64,000 nt of DNA from the human T2T-CHM13v2.0 reference genome, Homo sapiens. Shown here in pieces: positions 52,701 to 64,000 of this stretch. How positions within the stretch are numbered: the first letter of the stretch is position 1; each line of letters opens with the position of its first letter. A model generated the notes under the pieces. That model saw nothing but the letters and a program-made list of their open reading frames with translations. It was not told where the DNA came from and searched no databases. The position numbers were made by a program, and so were the translations under genes. The stretch lies in NCBI RefSeq assembly GCF_009914755.1, contig NC_060939.1. One strand, given 5' to 3'.

Positions 52701-54490
52701 TCTATTCCTTTCGATTCCATTCCATTCTATTTCATTCCATTCGATTCCCTTCCATTGGACTCCTTTCCATTCGAGTGCATTCCATTCCGTTCCATTTCTT
52801 TTCGTTCTGTACGATTCCTACCGTTCGATTTCATTTTGTTCCAGTCCATTCCTTTCGCGTCCATTCCATTCCATTTCACTCCATTCGATTCCATTCCACT
52901 CGATTCCACTTCGTTCCATTTCATTGCATTCCATTCTATTCAACTCTATTGCCTTCCATTCCATTCCATTCGATTACATTCCATGCGATTCCATTCGAAA
53001 TCGAATCAATTACATTGCAATCCATTACTATTGAGTCCGTTTTATTCCAGTCCACTGCATTCTGGTCCATTCCATTTGATTCCATTCCATTCTATTCCAT
53101 TCCATACAGTTGCATTCCATTGGATTCCATGCTATATCTATAAATTCAATTCGAGACCATTGCTTTTGAGTCCATTCTATATGATTCCATTCCATTCAAG
53201 TCCATTACATTTGGTTCAATTCCATTCCATTCCATTCCCTTCCATTCCATTCCATTTGATATCAATCCATTCGATTCCATTCCATTCAAGCACATTCCAT
53301 TCGTGTCCATTCCATTCGATGCCATTCCATTTGATTCTATTCCATTAGTCTCCATTCAATTCCATTAATCTCCATTCCATTCCATTCTACTCCAACTGAT
53401 TCTATTCCATTCTATTCCTTTCCATTCCATTTCATTCCATTCCATTCCATTTCATTCCATTCCATTCCATTCGTGTCCATTCCACTCCAGTCCATTCCAT
53501 TCGTGTCCATTCCATTCCAGTCCATTCCATTTGTGTCCACTGCATTCCATTCCACTCCATTCCATATTATTCCATTACACTCCATTCCATTCTATTACTT
53601 TCATTTCCATTCAATTCCATTCCATTTGATTCCATTCCACTCGGTTTCATTCCATTTGAGTCCACTCCATTCCATTCCATTCCATTCCATTCAGTTCCAT
53701 TCCATTCTGTTCCATTCCATTCCGTTCCATTACATTCCATTCCATTCGGTACCATTCCATATTGTTCCATTCGATTCCATTCGAATCCATTCCATTCCAG
53801 TCCATTCCATTCGATTCCATTCCATTCATTTCAATTCCATTCCATTCCATTCCATTACATTCCACTTGATTCCTCTCCATTCCCTTCCACTGCATTCCGT
53901 TCGATTCCATTCCATTGCATTGCATTCCATTCCATTGGATTGCATTCCATTCGATTCCATTCCATTCGAATCAATTACATAGCAATCCATTACATTCGAG
54001 GCTATTCTATTCCGTTCCATTCGATTTCGTTCCAATCCATTCGATTCCATTCCATTCGATTCCATTCCATACTATTGCATTCCATTCGATTACATTATAT
54101 TCGAATAAGTTCCATTCAAGACCATTTCTTTTGAGTCCATTCTATTTGAGTCCATTCCCTTTGATTCCATAACATTTGAGTCCCTTCAATTCCATTCCTT
54201 TCGTTTCCATTCCATTTGATGCCATTCCATTCAATTCTGTTCTACTCGACTCCAATACATTCAATTCCATTCCATCCGATTCCATTACATTCTTTTCATT
54301 TCTTATCCATTTCAAGCCATTCCACTCCATTCCATTCCACTCGTTTCCTTTCCATTCGAGTCCATTCCTCTCCAGTCCATTCCGTTCAATCCATTCCATT
54401 CCAGTCCATTCCATTCGAGTCCGTTCCATTCCAGTCCATTCCATTCGAGTCAATTCCATTCCATTCGATGTCTTTCCATAACGATCCATT

Positions 54491-54540
54491 CCATTCTATT
54501 CCTTTCGATTCCATTCCATTCTATTCCTTTCGATTCCATT
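54491..54540 (+). repeat. 25-bp tandem duplication
   Basis: CCATTCTATTCCTTTCGATTCCATT occurs twice, at 54491 and 54516. Confidence 0.85.
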
Positions 54541-57500
54541 CCATTCTATTTCATTCCATTCGATTCCCTTCCATTGGACTCCTTTCCATTCGAGTGCATT
54601 CCATTCCGTTCCATTTCTTTCCGTTCTGTACGATTCCTACCGTTCGATTTCATTTTGTTCCAGTCCATTCCTTTCGCGTCCATTCCATTCCATTTCACTC
54701 CATTCGATTCCATTCCACTCGATTCCACTTCGTTCCATTTCATTGCATTCCATTCTATTCAACTCTATTACCTTCCATTCCATTCCATTCGATTACATTC
54801 CATGCGATTCCATTCGAAATCGAATCAATTACATTGCAAACCATTACTATTGAGTCCGTTTTATTCCAGTCCACTGCATTCTGGTCCATTCCATTTGATT
54901 CCATTCCATTCTATTCCATTCCATACAGTTGCATTCCATTGGATTCCATGCTATATCTATAAATTCAATTCGAGACCATTGCTTTTGAATCCATTCTATA
55001 TGATTCCATTCCATTCAAGTCCATTACATTTGGTTCAATTCCATTCCATTCCATTCCCTTTCATTCCATTCCATTCGATATCAATCCATTCGATTCCATT
55101 CCATTCGAGCACATTCCATTCGAGTCCATTCCATTCGATGCCATTCCATTTGATTCTATTCCATTAGTCTCCATTCAATTCCATTAATCTCCATTCCATT
55201 CCATTCTACTCCAACTGATTCCATTCCATTCTATTCCTTTCCATTCCATTTCATTCCATTGCATTCCATTTCATTCCATTCCATTCCATTCGTGTCCATT
55301 CCACTCCAGTCCATTCCATTCGTGTCCATTCCATTCCGGTCCATTCCATTTGTGTCCACTGCATTCCATTCCACTCCATTCCATATTATTCCATTACACT
55401 CCATTCCATTCTATTACTTTCATTTCCATTCAATTCCATTCCATTTGATTCCATTCCACTCGGTTTCATTCCATTTGAGTCCACTCCATTCCATTCCATT
55501 CCATTCCATTCCATTCAGTTCCATTCCATTCTGTTCCATTCCATTCCGTTCCATTCCATTCCATTCCATTCGGTGCCATTCCATATTGTTCCATTCGATT
55601 CCATTCGAATCCATTCCATTCCAGTCCATTCCATTCGATTCCATTCCATTCATTTCAATTCCATTCCATTCCATTCCATTACATTCCACTTGATTCCTCT
55701 CCATTCCCTTCCACTGCATTCCGTTCGATTCCATTCCATTGCATTGCATTCCATTCCATTGGATTGCATTCCATTCGATTCCATTCCATTCGAATCAATT
55801 ACATAGCAATCCATTACATTCGTGTCTATTCTATTCCGTTCCATTCGATTTCGTTCCAATCCATTCGATTCCATTCCATTCGATTCCATTCCTTACTATT
55901 GCATTCCATTCGATTACATTATATTCGAATAAGTTCCATTCAAGACCATTTCTTTTGAGTCCATTCTATTTGAGTCCATTCCCTTTGATTCCATAACATT
56001 TGAGTCCATTCAATTCCATTCCTTTCGTTTCCATTCCATTTGATGCCATTCCATTCAATTCTGTTCTACTCGACTCCAATACATTCAATTCCATTCCATC
56101 CGATTCCATTACATTCTTTTCATTTCTTATCCATTTCAAGCCATTCCACTCCATTCCATTCCACTCGTTTCCTTTCCATTCGAGTCCATTCCTCTCCAGT
56201 CCATTCCGTTCAATCCATTCCATTCCAGTCCATTCCATTCGAGTCCGTTCCATTCCAGTCCATTCCATTCGAGTCAATTCCATCCCATTCGATGTCTTTC
56301 CATAACGATCCATTCCATTCTATTCCTTTCGATTCCATTCCATTCTATTTCATTCCATTCGATTCCCTTCCATTGGACTCCTTTCCATTCGAGTGCATTC
56401 CATTCCGTTCCATGTCTTTCCGTTCTGTACGATTCCTACCGTTCGATTTCATTTTCTTCCAGTCCATTCCTTTCGCGTCCATTCCATTCCATTTCACTCC
56501 ATTCGATTCCATTCCACTCGATTCCACTTCGTTCCATTTCATTGCATTCCATTCTATTCAACTCTATTGCCTTCCATTCCATTCCATTCGATTACATTCC
56601 ATGCGATTCCATTCGAAATCGAATCAATTACATTGCAATCCATTACTATTGAGTCCGTTTTATTCCAGTCCACTGCATTCTGGTCCATTCCATTTGATTC
56701 CATTCCATTCTATTCCATTCCATACAGTTGCATTCCATTGGATTCCATGCTATATCTATAAATTCAATTCGAGACCATTGCTTTTGAGTCCATTCTATAT
56801 GATTCCATTCCATTCAAGTCCATTACATTTGGTTCAATTCCATTCCATTCCATTCCCTTCCATTCCATTCCATTTGATATCAATCCATTCGATTCCATTC
56901 CATTCAAGCACTTTCCATTCGAGTCCATTCCATTCGATGCCATTCCATTTGATTCTATTCCATTAGTCTCCATTCAATTCCATTAATCTCCATTCCATTC
57001 CATTCTACTCCAACTGATTCTATTCCATTATATTCCTTTCCATTCCATTTCATTCCATTCCATTCCATTTCATTCCATTCCATTCCATTCGTGTCCATTC
57101 CACTCCAGTCCATTCCATTCGTGTCCATTCCATTCCAGTCCATTCCATTTGTGTCCACTGCATTCCATTCCACTCCATTCCATATTATTCCATTACACTC
57201 CATTCCATTCTATTACTTTCATTTCCATTCAATTCCATTCCATTTGATTCCATTCCACTCGGTTTCATTCCATTTGAGTCCACTCCATTCCATTCCATTC
57301 CATTCCATTCAGTTCCATTCCATTCTGTTCCATTCCATTCCGTTCCATTACATTCCATTCCATTCGGTACCATTCCATATTGTTCCATTCGATTCCATTC
57401 GAATCCATTCCATTCCAGTCCATTCCATTCGATTCCATTCCATTCATTTCAATTCCATTCCTTTCCATTCCATTACATTCCACTTGATTCCTCTCCATTC

Positions 57501-60500
57501 CCTTCCACTGCATTCCGTTCGATTCCATTCCATTGCATTGCATTCCATTCCATTGGATTGCATTCCATTCGATTCCATTCCATTCGAATCAATTACATAG
57601 CAATCCATTACATTCGAGGCTATTCTATTCCGTTCCATTCGATTTCGTTCCAATCCATTCGATTCCATTCCATTCGATTCCATTCCATACTATTGCATTC
57701 CATTCGATTACATTATATTCGAATAAGTTCCATTCAAGACCATTTCTTTTGAGTCCATTCTATTTGAGTCCATTCCCTTTGATTCCATAACATTTGAGTC
57801 CATTCAATTCCATTCCTTTCGTTTCCATTCCATTTGATGCCATTCCATTCAATTCTGTTCTACTCGACTCCAATACATTCAATTCCATTCCATCCGATTC
57901 CATTACATTCTTTTCATTTCTTATCCATTTCAAGCCATTCCACTCCATTCCATTCCACTCGTTTCCTTTCCATTCGAGTCCATTCCTCTCCAGTCCATTC
58001 CGTTTAATCCATTCCATTCCAGTCCATTCCATTCGAGTCCGTTCCATTCCAGTCCATTCCATTCGAGTCAATTCCATCCCATTCGATGTCTTTCCATAAC
58101 GATCCATTCCATTCTATTCCTTTCGATTCCATTCCATTCTATTTCATTCCATTCGATTCCCTTCCATTGGACTCCTTTCCATTCGAGTGCATTCCATTCC
58201 GTTCCATTTCTTTCCGTTCTGTACGATTCCTACCGTTCGATTTCATTTTGTTCCAGTCCATTCCTTTCGCGTCCATTCCATTCCATTTCACTCCATTCGA
58301 TTCCATTCCACTCGATTCCACTTCGTTCCATTTCATTGCATTCCATTCTATTCAACTCTATTGCCTTCCATTCCATTCCATTCGATTACATTCCATGCGA
58401 TTCCATTCGAAATCGAATCAATTACATTGCAAACCATTACTATTGAGTCCGTTTTATTCCAGTCCACTGCATTCTGGTCCATTCCATTTGATTCCATTCC
58501 ATTCTATTCCATTCCATACAGTTGCATTCCATTGAACTCCATTCTATATCTATAAATTCAATTCGAGACCATTGCTTTTGAGTCCATTCTATATGATTCC
58601 ATTCCATTCAAGTCCATTACATTTGGTTCAATTCCATTCCATTCCATTCCCTTCCATTCCATTCCAGTTGATATCAATCCATTCGATTCCATTCCATTCG
58701 AGCACATTCCATTCGAGTCCATTCCATTCGATGCCATTCCATTTGATTCTATTCCATTAGTCTCCATTCAATTCCATTAATCTCCATTCCATTCCATTCT
58801 ACTCCAACTGATTCCATTCCATTCTATTCCTTTCCATTCCATTTCATTCCATTCCATTCCATTTCATTCCATTCCATTCCATTCCATTCCATTCGCTTCC
58901 ATTCCATTCGTGTCCATTGCATTCCAGTCCATTCCATTTGTGTCCACTGCATTCCATTCCACTCCATTCCATATTATTCCATTACACTCCATTCCATTCT
59001 ATTACTTTCATTTCCATTGAATTCCATTCCATTTGATTCCATTCCACTCGGTTTCATTCCATTTGAGTCCACTCCACTCCATTCCATTCCATTCCATTCC
59101 ATTCAGTTCCATTCCATTCTGTTCCATTCCATTCCGTTCCATTGCATTCCATTCCATTCGGTACCATTCCATATTGTTCCATTCGATTCCATTCGAATCC
59201 ATTCCATTCCAGTCCATTCCATTTGATTCCATTCCATTCCTTTCAATTCCATTCCATTCCATTCCATTCCACTTGATTCCACTCCATTCCCTTCCACTGC
59301 ATTCCATTGCATTGCATTCCATTCCATTGGACTGCATTCCATTCGATTCCATTCCATTCGAATCAATTACATAGCAATCCATTACATTCGAGTCTATTCT
59401 ATTCCGTTCCATTCGATTTCGTTCCAATCCATTCGATTCCATTCCATTCGATTCCATTCCATACTATTGCATTCCATTCTATTACATTATATTCGAATAA
59501 GTTCCATTCAAGACCATTTCTTTTGAGTCCATTCTATTTGAGTCCATTCCCTTTGATTCCATAACATTTGAGTCCATTCAATTCCATTCCTTTCGTTTCC
59601 ATTCCATTTGATGCCATTCCATTCAATTCTGTTCTACTCGACTCCAATACATTCAATTCCATTCCATCTGATTCCATTACATTGTTTTCATTTCTTCCCC
59701 ATTTCAAGCCATTCCACTCCATTCCATTCCACTCGTTTCCTTTCCATTCGAGTCCATTCCTCTCCTGTCCATTCCGTTCAATCCATTCCATTCCAGTCCA
59801 TTCCATTCGAGTCCGTTCCATTCCAGTCCATTCCATTCGAGTCAATTCCATTCCATTCGATGTCTTTCCATAACGATCCATTCCATTCTATTCCTTTCGA
59901 TTCCATTCCATTCTATTTCATTCCATTCGATTCCCTTCCATTGGACTCCTTTCCATTCGAGTGCATTCCATTCCGTTCCATTTCTTTCCGTACTGTACGA
60001 TTCCTACCTTTCGATTTCATTTTGTTCCAGTCCATTCCTTTCACGTCCATTCCATTCCATTTCACTCCATTCGATTCCATTCCACTCGATTCCACTTCGT
60101 TCCATTTCATTGCATTCCATTCTATTCAACTCTATTGCCTTCCATTCCATTCCATTCGATTACATTCCATGCGATTCCATTCGAAATCGAATCAATTACA
60201 TTGCAATCCATTACTATTGTGTCCGTTTTATTCCAGTCCACTGCATTCTGGTCCATTCCATTTGATTCCATTCCATTCTATTCCATTCCATACAGTTGCA
60301 TTCCGTTGGACTCCATTCTATATCTATAAATTCAATTCGAGACCATTGCTTTGGAGTCCATTCTATATGATTCCATTCCATTCATGTCCATTACATTTGG
60401 CTCAATTCCATTCCATTCCATTCCCTTCCATTCCATTCCAATTGATGTCAATCCATTCGATTCCATTCCATTCGAGCACATTCCATTCGAGTCCATTCCA

Positions 60501-63500
60501 TTCGATGCCATTCCATTTGATTCTATTCCATTAGTCTCCATTCAATTCCATTAATCTCCATTCCATTCCATTCTACTCCAACTGATTCCATTCTATTCTA
60601 TTCCTTTCCATTCCATTTCATTCCATTCCATTCCATTTCATTCCATTCCATTCCATTTCATTCCATTCCATTCCATTCCATTCCATTCGCTTCCATTCCA
60701 TTCGTGTCCATTCCACTCCAGTCCATTCCATTCGTGTCCATTCCATTCCAGTCCATTCCATTTGTGTCCACTGCATTCCATTCCACTCCATTCCATATTA
60801 TTCCATTACACTCCATTCCATTCTATTACTTTCATTTCCATTCAATTCCATTCCATTTGATTCCATTCCACTCGGTTTCATTCCATTTGAGTCCACTCCA
60901 TTCCATTCCATTCCATTCCATTCAGTTCCATTCCATTCTGTTCCGTTCCGTTCCATTCCATTACATTCCTTTCCATTCGGTACCATTCCATATTGTTCCA
61001 TTCGATTCCATTCGAATCCATTCCATTCCAGTCCATTCCATTCGATTCCATTCCATTCCTTTCAATTCCATTCCATTCCATTCCTTTCCACTTGATTCCA
61101 CTCCATTCCCTTCCAGTGCATTCCATTCGATTCCATTCCATTGCATTGCATTCCATTCCATTGGACTGCATTCCATTCGATTCCATTCCATTCGAATTAA
61201 TTACTTAGCAATCCATTACATTCGAGTCTATTCTATTCCATTCCATTCGATTTCGTTCCAATCCATTCGATTCCATTCCATTCGATTCCATTCCATACTA
61301 TTGCATTCCATTCTATTACATTATATTCGAATAAGTTCCATTCAAGACCATTTCTTTTGAGTCCATTCTATTTGAGTCCATTCCCTTTGATTCCATAACA
61401 TTTGAGTCCATTCAATTCCATTCCTTTCGTTTCCATTCCATTTGATGCCATTCCATTCAATTCTGTTCTACTCGACTCCAATACATTCAATTCCATTCCA
61501 TCCGATTCCATTACATTCTTTTCATTTCTTCCCCATTTCAAGCCATTCCACTCCATTCCATTCCACTCGTTTCCTTTCCATTCGAGTCCATTCCTCTCCT
61601 GTCCATTCTGTTCAATCCATTCCATTCCTGTCCATTCCATTCGAGTCCGTTCCATTCCAGTCCATTCCATTCGAGTCAATTCCATTCAATTCGATGTCTT
61701 TCCATAACGATCCATTCCATTCTATTCCTTTCGATTCCATTCCATTCTATTTCATTCCATTCGATTCCCTTCCATTGGACTCCTTTCCATTCGAGTGCAT
61801 TCCATTCCGTTCCATTTCTTTCCGTACTGTACGATTCCTACCTTTCGATTTCATTTTGATCCAGTCCATTCCTTTCGCGTCCATTCCATTCCATTTCACT
61901 CCATTCGATTCCATTCCACTCGATTCCGCTTCGTTCCATTTCATTGCATTCCATTCTATTCAACTCTATTGCCTTCCATTCCATTCCATTCGATTACATT
62001 CCATGCGATTCCATTCGAAATCGAATCAATTACATTGCATTCCATTACTATTGTGTCCGTTTTATTCCAGTCCACTGCATTCTGGTCCATTCCATTTGAT
62101 TCCATTCCATTCTATTCCATTCCATAGAGTTGCATTCCGTTGGACTCCATTCTATATCTATAAATTCAATTCGAGACCATTGCTTTGGAGTCCATTCTAT
62201 ATGATTCCATTCCATTCATGTCCATTACATTTGGCTCAATTCCATTCCATTCCATTCCCTTCCATTCCATTCCAATTGATATCAATCCATTCGATTCCAT
62301 TCCATTCGAGCACATTCCATTCGAGTCTATTCCATTCGATGCCATTCCATTTGATTCTATTCCATTAGTCTCCATTCAATTCCATTAATCTCCATTCCAT
62401 TCCATTCTACTCCAACTGATTTCATTCCATTCTATTCCTTTCCATTCCATTTCATTCCATTCCATTAAATTTCATTCCATTCCATTCCATTCGCTTCCAT
62501 TCCATTCGTGTCCATTCCACTCCAGTCCATTCCATTCGTGTCCATTCCATTCCAGTCCATTCCATTTGTGTCCACTGCATTCCCTTCCACTCCATTCCAT
62601 ATTATTCCATTACACTCCACTCCATTCTATTACTTTCATTTCCATTCAATTCCATTCCATTTGATTCCATTCCACTCGGTTTCATTCCATTTGAGTCCAC
62701 TCCATTCCATTCCATTCCATTCCATTCAGTTCCATTCCATTCTGTTCCATTCCATTCCATTCCATTGCATTCCATTCCATTCGGTACCATTCCATATTGT
62801 TCCATTCGATTTCATTCGAATCCATTCCATTCCAGTCCATTCCATTCGATTCCATTCCATTCCTTTCCATTCCATTCCATTCCATTCCATTCCACTTGAT
62901 TCCACTCCATTCCCTTCCACTGCATTCCATTCGATTCCATTCCATTGCATTGCATTCCATTCCATTGGACTGCATTCCATTCGATTAAATTGCATTCGAA
63001 TCAATTACATAGCAATCCATTACATTCGAGTCTATTCTATTCCGTTCCATTCGATTTCGTTCCAATCCAATCGATTCCATTCCATTCGATTCCATTCCAT
63101 ACTATTGCATTCCATTCTATTACATTATATTCGAATAAGTTCCATTCAAGACCATTTCTTTTGAGTCCATTCTATTTGAGTCTATTCCCTTTGATTCCAT
63201 AACATTTGAGTCCATTCAATTCCATTCCTTTCGTTTCCATTCCATGTGATGCCATTCCATTCAATTCTGTTCTACTCGACTCCAATACATTCAATTCCAT
63301 TCCATCTGATTCCATTACATTCTTTTCATTTATTCCCCATTTCAAGCCATTCCACTCCATTCCATTCCACTCGTTTCCATTCCATTCGAGTCCATTCCTC
63401 TCCTGTCCATTCTGTTCAATCCATTCCATTCCTGTCCATTCCATTCCAGTCCGTTCCATTCCAGTCCATTCCATTCGAGTCAATTCCATTCAATTCGATG

Positions 63501-64000
63501 TCTTTCCATAACGATCCATTCCATTCTATTCCTTTTGATTCCATTCCATTCTATTTCATTCCATTCGATTCCCTTCCATTGGACTCCTTTCCATTCGAGT
63601 GCATTCCATTCCGTTCCATTTCTTTCCGTACTGTACGATTCCTACCTTTCGATTTCATTTTGTTCCAGTTCATTCCTTTCGCGTCCATTCCATTCCATTT
63701 CACTCCATTCGATTCCATTCCACTCGATTTCACTTCGTTCCATTTCATTGCATTCCATTCTATTCAACTCTATTGCCTTCCATTCCATTCCATTCGATTA
63801 CATTCCATGCGATTCCATTCGAAATCGAATCAATTACATTGCAATCCATTACTATTGTGTCCGTTTTATTCCAGTCCACTGCATTCTGGTCCATTCCATT
63901 TGATTCCATTCCATTCTATTCCATTCCATACATTTGCATTCCATTGGATTCCATTCTATATCTATAAATTCAATTCGAGACCATCGCTTTGGAGTCCATT

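Larger units (their letters stand above)
1..64000 (+). repeat. Human satellite III-type (HSat3) array, diverged (CATTC)n; pericentromeric/acrocentric heterochromatin
   Basis: Continuous CATTC pentamers with recurrent variants (CATTCGA, GAGTC, CAGTC, CACTC) from end to end. The C-rich strand is always the + strand and no non-satellite insert was seen. Long perfect CATTC runs are present and the HSat2-type CATTCGATGATGAT motif was not seen, which favours HSat3. Confidence 0.97.
34151..64000 (+). repeat. Tandem ~1.8-kb higher-order units (16+ copies), D15Z1/HSat3A5-like KpnI repeat
   Basis: Landmark at 34098, 35971, 38254, 40068, 41867, 43671, 45444, 47257, 49061, 50870, 52683, 54477, 56301, 58095, 59869, 61703 and 63507. 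KpnI sites at ~42947, 44731, 46528, 48332, 50141, 51954, 53748, 57366, 59160, 60979 and 62783 are mostly ~1.8 kb apart. A 1.8-kb KpnI satellite III repeat is the classical description of D15Z1. The chromosome assignment is inference, not an alignment result. Confidence 0.88.

Noticed and set aside
1-64000. Hundreds of ORFs up to 385 aa (FHSIP and MEWNG repeats)
   Set aside because: These are direct translations of (CATTC)n and (GGAAT)n, which lack stop codons. They overlap in all frames, show no domain, and are broken by frameshifts between copies.
1-64000. CRISPR-like repeat-spacer array or other prokaryotic system
   Set aside because: There are no unique spacers and no genes. All periodicity is satellite higher-order structure.
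1-64000. Strand inversion or Alu/L1 insertion
   Set aside because: No GGAAT-oriented stretch and no non-satellite segment longer than ~15 bp was seen.

Overview
The whole 64-kb window is a single-polarity (CATTC)n/(GGAAT)n classical satellite of the human satellite III (HSat3) type. I found no genes, RNA genes, transposons or inversions, and all ORFs are translation artefacts of the pentamer. The array has higher-order structure. A ~1.8-kb tandem unit, usually with one KpnI site and resembling D15Z1/HSat3A5 of chr15p, occupies ~1-2,425 and ~34,150-64,000. Between them lie nine copies of a longer ~3.5-kb unit, which is the 1.8-kb unit plus a ~1.7-kb module bounded by a 23-bp direct repeat. The 1.8-kb unit therefore looks like a microhomology deletion product of the 3.5-kb unit. 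Both units are built from an older ~0.6-1.0-kb submodule. Also visible are local deletions and duplications (641, 1480, ~490, 55, 25 and 20 bp), lineage-specific SNP clusters, mosaic units and incipient 3.6-kb dimers. Coordinates were read by eye and may be off by a few bases.
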